Positions 9,175-18,843 of a stretch of DNA of 64,000 bases are shown one piece after another; position 1 is the first letter of the stretch, and every line of letters begins with the position of its first letter. A program made the position numbers and the translations under genes. The stretch comes from an uncultured archaeon (lineage in GTDB: Archaea; Altiarchaeota; Altiarchaeia; JAFGQM01), in contig CAZQBY010000006.1 in NCBI GenBank assembly GCA_964592405.1, forward strand, positions 13,007 through 77,006, read 5' to 3'. The notes beneath the pieces are model-generated. The model had not been told where the DNA came from. It worked only from the letters and a program-made list of their open reading frames with translations, and made no database searches.

Positions 9175-12100
9175 ATGTCCCTAATCAACACCCTGAATGA
9201 CCTCTCATGGGACTTGCTTGATGTCCTCCATCTGGGGGAGTTCTTCGACAGTCATGGCATACCTCCCATCCTGTTCCCGATAATGCTCATAGGCATAGTC
9301 CTGTTGGTGCTCTTCCTCCTGCTGGTGCCTCTTGGGGGGGAGTCTGCCGCTGAATGTGGTGATGGTCTGTGTTCTCCAGGCGAAACCGAGGAGAGTTGTC
9401 CGGATGATTGCGCAGTCTATATACCTCCTCCAGCAGATGAGGAGCAGGAAGAAAAGACAATAAGGGTCTATCTGAGCGGAGCACTGACCTGCAGAACCCT
9501 GAATGTCGTTTTGAAGGATGGGGAGGGTAATGTCATAGACTCCCGGATGGATACAGGCAACCGTGCCGTCACCTTCCAGAACGTAGTAGCAGAGAGGGTC
9601 TCGGTCGAGGCCTCCTCCGATTACAGCACGCAGCCTGCCGTCAGTGCAGGGCCGATAAACACAAAGAATGAGGATGTGTTAAGAGTAAACCTGCCGGATG
9701 ACTACTGCAGTGAAACCACAGATTATGGCAGTATAAGAGTCATAGTGAGGGATTCCCAGACATCACAGCCAATGGGTGCCAACGTTGCCCTGTTTGATTC
9801 CGGCGACACCCTCAGGGGCACAAAATTCATTGATGGGGAGGGCACATTCACTAACCTAGTGGCCAATAATTGGTATTATTTAACTGCAACATATCCCGGT
9901 TATCAGGACTACAATGGAGTATCAAACTCCATATTTGTAGAGAAAAATCAGGAGAAAATCGCTACCATAAACATGGTTCCTGCCGTCTCTCCACCGGATG
10001 CCACAGGAAAACTGGAGGTGTGTGTAACCGGAGATGGCGAGCCCATCGAGCACAGCGGCGAGATAGGCATTTATTCCGTTGACGACAGCCTCATAGCGGT
10101 AGGCAGGTTGTCTGACTGCTCCCTTTTCAGGGGTGAGGCAACCGGTGAGGGATGTTACATATTCACTCTTCCTGCCGGAAGTCAGGTCTATGCCGGGATT
10201 AACAGAGCACCATCCAGCTGTTCGGCAGGGGGGAGAGCGGGCCCAATAATCATTCCCGAGAACGATAAGGTATTTACAACAATTGAGCTCAATTGCTCTC
10301 TTGTGGGTAGCATCAGGGCCGTTGTATACGGTAACAACAGTCAGGTCCTGACGGATCAGTGTACTGTGGAACTCTACCATGAGAATGGGACAAAGATAAC
10401 AACCATGACAATGTCAGATGATGGCGAACACACGGAATATGTTACACTTGGCGCCGGTCTTGAGGTCTATGTATATGCCAAGAATGCCCCCCCAGGTTAT
10501 CTTGAAACACGGTCCGGAGATGTGGATATAGATGAAGACGAAAACAAGACAGTGAGTATCACACTTGACACTCCACCACCCCCGCTTCCAAACCTGACAA
10601 TCATAAATCCACAGGTCTCACCACAGGTATTGCATTCAAATGAAACCTTCATGGTTACTGCAAGTGCTGTCAGGATTTCCGGAACAATGACAACACTTAC
10701 ACCGGATGATGGAGTGGTGGTTTCCTGCGAGAGTAGCTGGGGGGAGACAGTCACAGCCAACTACAGTGGTTTATGGGAGTGTAACCTCACGGCACCCAAT
10801 TCAGTTGGGGAGAAAACCATTGTGCTCAGGGCAACCAAGGCGGATGCCAATGAGGATGTCAGGTCAGTGACAGTGCGTGTCATTAACGACAGCATAGGTG
10901 CCCTTTATATAACCGAGAAATCGCGTAGCCCACTAGCCCCCGTCGTGCTGAGTTTTAATATAACATATCTGCACAACAACACTGAAATAAGGCCTGTGCA
11001 GTCTATATACGAGAGCAATCTTCTTGTCTACTTCAGAAAAGACACTTTCAGGGGGCTGGTAGCTAATCTCACAAATCTCAATGGGGCAAACGGGCTTTTC
11101 ACAACCAGCTTCTTCGTACCGTTTAAGGGAATCTATGATTATGAACTCAGTGTCAAGGCGCTCACAGAAGACAAACTAAGTGTGGGATATCTAAGCGGCA
11201 GGCTCACAATCACGCAGGGGGTTACCAATTCCCTCTCCTGCTCAGTAAGCGAAAATCTGCTCAATCCGGGCGATGCCCTGAATGTTACAGCATCTTTTGC
11301 TCCCCTTAATGGTGTTCCATTGCCGGAGCAGAGGGTTATGGTATCCGTAACCGGAAGGTTTGACAGTTCGACAACTCCCCTTGTGTGGAACTCCTCAGGG
11401 AATGTCTATAAGCAGGAGGTTCTGGCCATGCCTTCTGAGTGCAAGCAGATAGTCAACTGCTCATCGATGGATGATCCAAGCATCTGGAGTAGTACGGAGA
11501 TATATGTGGCTGACAGTAATGCGGCAAATGCAAATCCGGTCGACTGCCATATTACAGATCCCTATTCATGCATGTCCCTCAATGATGTGAGGGATTGTTA
11601 TAAATTTCTCAAGGAGAACCCAAACCTTGTTGACCCGCTTGTTCAGAACATACGGCAATGTGCACGGAACGGTCTGCCATTCTGCAATCAACCAAATTTC
11701 ATTACCTGTGAGGTTGAACCCCCAATCATTGGTCCGGGACAAGTATTCAGGGTCTCTGCCCTGTCCTCCCCCGGCCAGAGCATACAGGCCGATATATCTG
11801 CCGGCCAGGATTCCCTTTCAGGCCCCCTTGTGTGGAACTCATCCGGAGAGGTTTATGAGCAGCAGTTCTTATCCATGCCGTATGAGTGCAAGCAGATAGT
11901 CAACTGTTCCTCTCTTACCGACCCCGGAACATGGGCCACTACCGAGCTTTATGTAGTGGACGCTACAACAGGAAACAAGAATAACTGCCCTGTCTCAAAT
12001 CCAACTCTTTGCAATTCCCTGAGTGCAGTTAGAGACTGCTATAAATATCTTCTGGAAGCTCCCGGGGCTTCTATTGGAGACCTCCAGACCGCACTGGTAT

Positions 12101-13632
12101 GTGCATTCAATGGCCTTCCGTCCTGCAATCAGCCAAATGCCATCACCTGTGAGGTCCAACCCAAAATTGTCCGCCCGGGCGGCAACTTTAATGTTTCTGC
12201 GACCTTTGGTCCGGTGGGCGGCGCCACAATTCCCAACCAGCACCTTCAGGCTACAATAATGGCCGGCCCGGATTCCTCATCCAGCGCTCTAGCTTGGGAT
12301 GCATCAGAGGGCATATACAAGCAACAACTGGTGGCCCTCTCTCCAGAATGCAGGCAGATAGTCAACTGCTCATCTGTGGATGACCCAAGCATCTGGACTA
12401 CTACTGAGCTCTATGTAGTCAATCCGGATACAATAGATGTGAGCGCAGAGTGTCCATCATCGTCATGCAGTTCCCTCACGGAGGTAAGAAACTGCTACAA
12501 GTATCTTATAGACAATAATCTTATGAACAGTCCATCAGACCTATCGACTGCATTGGCCTGCGCACAGGGTGGCTTACAATCCTGTTCCGCCTCCCCACCG
12601 GAGATTTCCCAATGCTATCAGGGACTGAGCCTGAAAGTGCAGACATATCGCAAGGACAGAAGAAAGAACCGAAATGACTGCGGCCGCACAGGACAACTCT
12701 GTGAGGAACATACCAACACTACTGACACCCTTTACTTCAGGGTCATGGGCACCCCGAGCGGCAATACGGTAACACTCAATTATCAGAAGAGAAATGTTAC
12801 CACAGCAGTCCGCAATAATTGGGAGACAATAGAAAGTGGATACCGTATGCTGGATATCCATCTTCCCGGTGGTCGAAACGAACCGATTGCAGACGCCTTG
12901 GGTCCAAGAACAACGCCCATTACCACGCGTGGACTGGAGTTATGGATAGATAGTGCAACAGGGGTTTTGACGGCAAGAGCCTACTGCCCGCTTTCCCAGT
13001 GCGGTGCTCCTGGCAATCTCAATGCAAATGAAGACGATGTGGTCGATATTCAGGACGTAGAAATCATGGCTACAATAATAGATACCCTAGAGATTCTCGG
13101 AGCTCCGCCATATTCTCCGTGGCCCATGTCATGTGTTGATGTAAATGGTGACGGGGTAGTTACAAGACAAGATCTTGACTGCATTAGCGGCTTGGCAAAC
13201 CATTATTATTCCAGCCCAGATGACTGTCCACGTTGCCAGAGAACATCAACTCTGGAGATATGCCACGATGGGGTGGACAACGACTGTGATGGACAGGTTG
13301 ACAGAGACACCTATTCTAGAGGGCATTTCTACAGCTTTACGGGCACTACACTGGCTGACCTCTGTGTTTGCAGCAGCTTGACTCCATGCAGCATGCTTTA
13401 TGATGCAGACGGAATCGAGGGAATATCATCTGAGGAAGATGTCATTCGCTGCTCCTCCATAGATGGGGGCCCCTATACTTGGAAGAGTCCCAATGAATGG
13501 CAGTGCAATTCATCAAACAACGGGGCGAGCCTTCATTGTGGAGGGAACAGCTACTCCTGCTCCGGAGGTACAGGGGTTTGGTTAAAACTGGGCCAGCCAT
13601 CGGGCACATACCCCCCAAATCCCCAAGGCTGA
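9175..13632 (+). CDS. Surface protein P4 (1485 aa): shared leader and TM, Ig-like domains, three internal ~150-aa repeats, dockerin, MopE-like motif
   Basis: Leader NDLSWDLLDVL..HGIPPILF; repeats start at about 11239, 11707 and 12148 (..ECKQIVNCSS..DP..W); DVNGDGVVTRQD; EICHDGVDNDCDG. Confidence 0.88.
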   Translation: MSLINTLNDLSWDLLDVLHLGEFFDSHGIPPILFPIMLIGIVLLVLFLLLVPLGGESAAECGDGLCSPGETEESCPDDCAVYIPPPADEEQEEKTIRVYLSGALTCRTLNVVLKDGEGNVIDSRMDTGNRAVTFQNVVAERVSVEASSDYSTQPAVSAGPINTKNEDVLRVNLPDDYCSETTDYGSIRVIVRDSQTSQPMGANVALFDSGDTLRGTKFIDGEGTFTNLVANNWYYLTATYPGYQDYNGVSNSIFVEKNQEKIATINMVPAVSPPDATGKLEVCVTGDGEPIEHSGEIGIYSVDDSLIAVGRLSDCSLFRGEATGEGCYIFTLPAGSQVYAGINRAPSSCSAGGRAGPIIIPENDKVFTTIELNCSLVGSIRAVVYGNNSQVLTDQCTVELYHENGTKITTMTMSDDGEHTEYVTLGAGLEVYVYAKNAPPGYLETRSGDVDIDEDENKTVSITLDTPPPPLPNLTIINPQVSPQVLHSNETFMVTASAVRISGTMTTLTPDDGVVVSCESSWGETVTANYSGLWECNLTAPNSVGEKTIVLRATKADANEDVRSVTVRVINDSIGALYITEKSRSPLAPVVLSFNITYLHNNTEIRPVQSIYESNLLVYFRKDTFRGLVANLTNLNGANGLFTTSFFVPFKGIYDYELSVKALTEDKLSVGYLSGRLTITQGVTNSLSCSVSENLLNPGDALNVTASFAPLNGVPLPEQRVMVSVTGRFDSSTTPLVWNSSGNVYKQEVLAMPSECKQIVNCSSMDDPSIWSSTEIYVADSNAANANPVDCHITDPYSCMSLNDVRDCYKFLKENPNLVDPLVQNIRQCARNGLPFCNQPNFITCEVEPPIIGPGQVFRVSALSSPGQSIQADISAGQDSLSGPLVWNSSGEVYEQQFLSMPYECKQIVNCSSLTDPGTWATTELYVVDATTGNKNNCPVSNPTLCNSLSAVRDCYKYLLEAPGASIGDLQTALVCAFNGLPSCNQPNAITCEVQPKIVRPGGNFNVSATFGPVGGATIPNQHLQATIMAGPDSSSSALAWDASEGIYKQQLVALSPECRQIVNCSSVDDPSIWTTTELYVVNPDTIDVSAECPSSSCSSLTEVRNCYKYLIDNNLMNSPSDLSTALACAQGGLQSCSASPPEISQCYQGLSLKVQTYRKDRRKNRNDCGRTGQLCEEHTNTTDTLYFRVMGTPSGNTVTLNYQKRNVTTAVRNNWETIESGYRMLDIHLPGGRNEPIADALGPRTTPITTRGLELWIDSATGVLTARAYCPLSQCGAPGNLNANEDDVVDIQDVEIMATIIDTLEILGAPPYSPWPMSCVDVNGDGVVTRQDLDCISGLANHYYSSPDDCPRCQRTSTLEICHDGVDNDCDGQVDRDTYSRGHFYSFTGTTLADLCVCSSLTPCSMLYDADGIEGISSEEDVIRCSSIDGGPYTWKSPNEWQCNSSNNGASLHCGGNSYSCSGGTGVWLKLGQPSGTYPPNPQG

Positions 13633-13686
13633 GCATTACAGGAGCAATGAAAACGAGTTTTTTAAGCCCCATATATAATTTTAAAC

Positions 13687-15276
13687 ATGGCCCTGTGGGA
13701 CTCGATAAACGACAAGTCCTGGATCCTTTTGGACTGGCTGTGGGATCATGGCATACCTATAGGCAGAGTATTCGAGAAATATAATCTGCCTGCCGTATTG
13801 TTTCCCTTAGGCATAATACTGGTAATTCTGATAACCATCTGGCTGTTTCTACCCTCTGCAGCACCTGCCGGAGCATGTGGCGATGGCATCTGTGCATCTG
13901 GGGAGACCTGCTCCGACTGCCCCCTGGACTGTGGAGAGTGCCCTCCCCCAGCCTCCGAGAGCTTTATACTTACAGTCGAACTCACAGGAGCAGTGAGCGA
14001 GCCCATCACAGTAAAAATATTTGATAAGAACGACATAATACTCGATTCTGAGACCGACAGGCAGGGACTCTTTGAGTTTGCCAATATCCAACCACAGGTG
14101 GTCAGGGCAGTCGTATCATGCCCAAATGGCAAGGAACAGAGTTCGAGACCCAGAAAAGTAACAAAAGAGGATAATCTGATAACTCTTCCGGTTCCACGGG
14201 GCTGCTTTGACTATATCATGAATGATGAGGAGGTTCCAATAGAGACACACGGCAACATAGAAGTGAGCATAATTGATGATGAAACCGGCGATTACATCGA
14301 CGCACGAGTTGCCGCCATCCGGTTGAGCGATAACCTGCCGGAAGCAGATAGACTCACGTCCGGAGGTGTCGTAACACTTAACGTCAGGGCCGATAATTTT
14401 TATTATCTTACAGCATCGAGGACAGGATATGAAAGCTATGACGGAACCGGCGACAGATTCTATGTTATCGGGGGAGACACCATATACAGAGCCATACGGC
14501 TTAAGCCAATAATTCCGGACACCGGAAGACTTACTGTCTGTGCATTCTCCAATTCGGAGCCGCTACAGAGCGGGAGGATATCTGTGGTCGAGGTGGGCGG
14601 ACTGGAAATTGCTTCAGCATCACTAACCCCTGCTGATAATGGTTGTATAACATTTGACATACCTGCAGGCAAACTGGTCAAGGCTGCTCTTGCCTCACCA
14701 CCACAGGGCTGCACTCCCTCGGCATTCTCCGACCCGGTTACCATAACCGGGGGAGCCGATAGGATAAACCTGGACATATCCTGTGATCCTGAACAGGCTT
14801 TTGTCAGGGTCATAGTCTATGACAAAGAGGGCAACATCAAGACAGATCAGGTCAAGATTACACTATGGGATGTAATAAACGGAGGGCAGATACCCGGAAC
14901 CGCCCCAGATCTGTCACTCAGCTTAGGCTCCGGAGGATATACTGAGGAAATAGCCGTTTCGGCGGGCGCCATGATACAGGCAAAGGCAACCGGCACACCG
15001 CTGGGATATGTGGATACTGTTTCCGGACCAGCTGTCTTCTCCCCCGGTGAGCATGGCTCAATAACAATAGTTTTGGGTGAGGTTGCAAGGGGCGGATTTG
15101 AGTTCCTTGGCGCATCCATAGTTTATACGCCGGCCACCCCTGGATCTCCCATAAGGGTATTTGTTCAGCAGATACTGTACAACGGAACAGCCCTGACCGA
15201 GGAGAACAGTGAAGTATCAGTCCTGATAGAAGGGAAGGAATATGAGGCTCTTTATAATGAGAGCGCAGCCATCTGA
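13687..15276 (+). CDS. Surface protein P5 (529 aa), short paralog with shared leader, TM and Ig-like repeats
   Basis: NDKSWILLDWLWDHGIP leader; CGDGICASGETCSDCPLDC; colinear with the first ~520 aa of P2. Confidence 0.88.
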   Translation: MALWDSINDKSWILLDWLWDHGIPIGRVFEKYNLPAVLFPLGIILVILITIWLFLPSAAPAGACGDGICASGETCSDCPLDCGECPPPASESFILTVELTGAVSEPITVKIFDKNDIILDSETDRQGLFEFANIQPQVVRAVVSCPNGKEQSSRPRKVTKEDNLITLPVPRGCFDYIMNDEEVPIETHGNIEVSIIDDETGDYIDARVAAIRLSDNLPEADRLTSGGVVTLNVRADNFYYLTASRTGYESYDGTGDRFYVIGGDTIYRAIRLKPIIPDTGRLTVCAFSNSEPLQSGRISVVEVGGLEIASASLTPADNGCITFDIPAGKLVKAALASPPQGCTPSAFSDPVTITGGADRINLDISCDPEQAFVRVIVYDKEGNIKTDQVKITLWDVINGGQIPGTAPDLSLSLGSGGYTEEIAVSAGAMIQAKATGTPLGYVDTVSGPAVFSPGEHGSITIVLGEVARGGFEFLGASIVYTPATPGSPIRVFVQQILYNGTALTEENSEVSVLIEGKEYEALYNESAAI

Positions 15277-15282
15277 CCGAAA

Positions 15283-15948
15283 ATGCTATTCAGGAAAGCC
15301 ATCCGGTCGAGAGCAGGGTTCTATCTGGTATCCCCACTTCTGGGCTTCTTTTTCTTCATAATAAGCGTAGCTTTGGTATCCTTCTATGTCAGCGAAAATA
15401 ACCAGTGGATAGAGACTGCTCGGGCAGGAAGCGAGCATGAACTAGCATTTATATCCGCAGCCATATCTGCCGATGCCTTTGACGTCTTTTTCCAAAACTA
15501 TCTGCAGGAAGTCCTAGACAATCACAAAGTCGGGGAGCGTATCCCGATAAGGACGCAGCTTCGCAACGAGATAAGAACGGCCATCTCCCGGGAGCTTGAG
15601 GGAACCTACAAGGGCATCTATGAACAAGTATTCAATGTGGACTGTGAAACCACTGAGGCTGCCTATTCTGCGATCTATATCCGATTCAATGGAGAAGGGG
15701 GTGTGGATGTCCTTGGCTCCGGGATGATGCAGCCCTTCACCCCAAGAATGGAAACTGCAATCTGGCCTTATATCTCACACTATGGACTGAAATGCAAGAC
15801 GAAGGATCCACCTATTGAGTCCGGCACGCAGTTCTCCAGCAGGTGGTATTATCTGGAGGCAGACTGCATCTGCTGTCAAGCTCCAAATGCATGTAGTTTA
15901 AATCCGGCGGACCCGCCTCCGCCAACCCGCCCATGTCCCCACTGCTGA
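15283..15948 (+). CDS. Pilin-like protein with a putative class III signal peptide and Cys/Pro-rich C-terminus
   Basis: Basic MLFRKAIRSRAG followed by hydrophobic FYLVSPLLGFFFFIISVALVSFY; lies 6 nt after P5. Confidence 0.65.
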   Translation: MLFRKAIRSRAGFYLVSPLLGFFFFIISVALVSFYVSENNQWIETARAGSEHELAFISAAISADAFDVFFQNYLQEVLDNHKVGERIPIRTQLRNEIRTAISRELEGTYKGIYEQVFNVDCETTEAAYSAIYIRFNGEGGVDVLGSGMMQPFTPRMETAIWPYISHYGLKCKTKDPPIESGTQFSSRWYYLEADCICCQAPNACSLNPADPPPPTRPCPHC

Positions 15949-16076
15949 TAAATGTCTCTCGGCTTTACACCCTTACATACATCATAATAATTTATATAAC
16001 ATCATTATCAAAACTAGAGGTCTTTTCTTGAAGACTTTCTTGTAAACTTGTAAACCCTCATCTGCAGAGGTGTTCC

Positions 16077-16973
16077 ATGGGCTACTACGAAAGGGTGTTT
16101 TCGCGGGTGGATTACAGAATACTGATAGCCCTACCGCCAGTGATAGCCCTGCTCCTGCTACCGGCTGCAATCCATATCCCTTTGGGCATTGACTTCACCG
16201 GCGGCACGGAACTCCAGATACTGACCAACAGGGACCTCACAGAATCCCAGCTGAGGTCTGCTCTCAGTACATGTGCATCTGATATGTCCATACATCTTCA
16301 GGAGCTGGGGGGCAAAAGCAGTGCCATAATCCGGACGAAGGACGAGATGACCAAAGAGTGTGTTGATTCAGCACTTGGAGAAGCGGGATTCACTGATGAA
16401 GAGCTTAGTTCCATATTCCCCTCTGTGTTTAAACCAGAACTGGGACGGATACTCATAGAGAGGGGCACAAATGTAATTATAATCGCCGGGATATTAATGT
16501 CCATAATAGTATTTCTGGCTTTCCGCTCACCAGTTCCTTCAATTGCAGTCATACAGGCAGCCATCTTTGACATACTGATTGCACTGGGATTACTTTCACT
16601 CATAGGTTTTGAGCTTAACCTAGCAGGAGTTGCAGCCCTGCTGATGCTGGTCGGCTACTCCATTGACACGGATATAATGCTGACATCAAAGATACTCGGA
16701 CAGAGCAATAAGCCATTTGGTGAACGGGCAAACCAGGCATTTGTAACAGGCATCACAATGACCGGAACAACTCTGGCTGCCATGAGCGCCATAGTCATCG
16801 TTACAGGCTTTATACACATGGATACCATAGTGCAGATAGCTACAGTCCTTCTGACTGGACTCCTGGCAGATCTCGCCACTACGTGGTTCACCAACCTTGG
16901 CATACTGAAGTGGTATGCCAGCAGGTCCAAATCCGGTTACCATCGATTCAGATTCAGCATATTCAGGTCATGA
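16077..16973 (+). CDS. secF: Protein translocase subunit SecF
   Basis: LGIDFTGGT motif, six TM helices, GYSIDTDIML motif. Confidence 0.93.
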   Translation: MGYYERVFSRVDYRILIALPPVIALLLLPAAIHIPLGIDFTGGTELQILTNRDLTESQLRSALSTCASDMSIHLQELGGKSSAIIRTKDEMTKECVDSALGEAGFTDEELSSIFPSVFKPELGRILIERGTNVIIIAGILMSIIVFLAFRSPVPSIAVIQAAIFDILIALGLLSLIGFELNLAGVAALLMLVGYSIDTDIMLTSKILGQSNKPFGERANQAFVTGITMTGTTLAAMSAIVIVTGFIHMDTIVQIATVLLTGLLADLATTWFTNLGILKWYASRSKSGYHRFRFSIFRS

Positions 16974-18631
16974 AACTAAAGCAGAACTGGAGAATTTTGG
17001 TCCTCGTAGTGATTGTGCTTCTGTCGATAAGTCTAGTTGCGACAAAAGGGCTCAGATACGGCATTGACTTCACCGGCGGCACGGAACTTAAGCTGGAGCT
17101 TGCGGAGGGTGGTGAAGAGGTCATAGACTCAGTGGTTGAGATACTCAAGAATCGGCTCAACAAGATGGGGCTGAAATCCACACAGGTGCTGAAGGAGGCC
17201 GATAACAGACATATTACAATAAAAGTCTCTACAACAAACACAGGCGAGCTGGCTGATGTCAAGAATATTATCAATAAACAGGCTGTCTTTGAGCAGAGAG
17301 TAGAGGGAGAGCTGTGTGCCAAGGGCGATGAGATACAGCTCGACATCTCACAGAGCGGCGGCGCCGACATCTATGGCAACAACTGGCGCGTTTATGTGAA
17401 AAACACAGGCGATTCGCCAGAGCGCTGTGGACAGGTTATGGAGGGGAAAGACGGCCACATGACAGACATCTTTTTGGACCGTCCTGACAAAGCATTCATA
17501 CTCATGGATAGCGACACCTGCACTCAGTTATCCAATACCCCATTCTCCAACCATCCCGATGACACCGGCTATACTATGCTCAGTTTTATTGAGGAAAGAG
17601 CCCTGATTCCGGTAGTCTGCTATACAACGGCTGTAAAACCGGAAGAGCCCGAGATAAATGAAACGCTCCTGGAGGAACTGGGAGTGAGAATCAGGGAGAA
17701 TGAAACCGAGTTGAAGACACTTGACATCAACCAGACCGTAGAAGAGGTGTCAAAACTACTTTCTGAGGGGATAACAACAGTCATCCTTCCAATCAGACTG
17801 GAGGAGCTTCCACAGGAGCTGCAGGATACTATAACAGACCTCAACCTCACTGTGGCCGAATATGTCAAATCCCCACAACAGGAATTCCATATAAACTATG
17901 GTGCAAACTCACCAAGACCGGATAACAGCGAGTCCTGGATAGATGTAGTGACCGGACTGAAGAGCACCCTTAGGATAGGTGCCGGCCTGACATATGGCAA
18001 TCCTGTATACAGCTCGGTCTTTGAGGGTGGAGCTCCGAATAGCGAACAGGCAAGGGAAATCGCTGAACGCTTCAAGATATGGCTGACGTCAGGCAATCTG
18101 CCAATCAAGATAAGCATAATACTTGAGCGTCCAAACCTACCGGAACTAGGCCAGCAGTTCCTGAACTATGTGGGCATAATAGCGGTTATAGCAATAATTC
18201 TTGTTGCTTCAGTAGTGTCAATCAGGTACAGAAAGCCTAAGATATCCCTTGCAATAATACTCACGAGCTTCAGTGAAATAATACTCATCTTGGGATTCGC
18301 ATCCATCTCCTCATGGGAGCTGGATCTGGCAGCCATAGCCGGAATAATAGCCGCCATAGGAACTGGTGTGGACCATCAGATAATAATAACAGATGAGACC
18401 CTGAGAGGGGAGAGAAGAAGGTCTGATGACAAGCTCTGGGACATCAAAAAGGCCATAAACAGGGCGTTTTTCATAATATTTACCTCCGCAGCCACCACAA
18501 TAAGTGCCATGCTTCCGCTTATGAGCATCGTCGATCTCAGAGGCTTTGCATTCACTTCCATAGTAGGCGTCTTAATAGGCATATCTATAACCCGGCCGGC
18601 TTATGCACGAATAGTCGAGTTCATAACCTGA
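16970..18631 (+). CDS. secD: Protein translocase subunit SecD
   Basis: YGIDFTGGT, ILKNRLNKMG, LTSGNLPI and IGTGVDHQIII motifs; ATGA overlap with the secF stop. Confidence 0.93.
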   Translation: MKLKQNWRILVLVVIVLLSISLVATKGLRYGIDFTGGTELKLELAEGGEEVIDSVVEILKNRLNKMGLKSTQVLKEADNRHITIKVSTTNTGELADVKNIINKQAVFEQRVEGELCAKGDEIQLDISQSGGADIYGNNWRVYVKNTGDSPERCGQVMEGKDGHMTDIFLDRPDKAFILMDSDTCTQLSNTPFSNHPDDTGYTMLSFIEERALIPVVCYTTAVKPEEPEINETLLEELGVRIRENETELKTLDINQTVEEVSKLLSEGITTVILPIRLEELPQELQDTITDLNLTVAEYVKSPQQEFHINYGANSPRPDNSESWIDVVTGLKSTLRIGAGLTYGNPVYSSVFEGGAPNSEQAREIAERFKIWLTSGNLPIKISIILERPNLPELGQQFLNYVGIIAVIAIILVASVVSIRYRKPKISLAIILTSFSEIILILGFASISSWELDLAAIAGIIAAIGTGVDHQIIITDETLRGERRRSDDKLWDIKKAINRAFFIIFTSAATTISAMLPLMSIVDLRGFAFTSIVGVLIGISITRPAYARIVEFIT

Positions 18632-18843
18632 TTGCATCCACCTCTATTTTTAGCTTTTTATTGTCTATAACTAGTGGTATATAACTGTGCGTATTTACGG
18701 TATTGGTAATAGTCTGCAACTTATAGCCTGCAACTAGTTTACCTATACTAGTTTACCTGTAAGTGCGTGGGCTTGGATTTTACCGCTATTTGGGGGTGTT
18801 TTTATACACAACCCCCTTAAATAATCCGCCGCAAGAAAACAAG

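Noticed and set aside
16883-18843. Upstream starts at 16883 (secD) and 18763 (P7); likewise 34715, 35553, 37797, 54702 and 58383
   Set aside because: The extensions overlap neighbouring genes or promoters; downstream ATGs fit the family N-termini.
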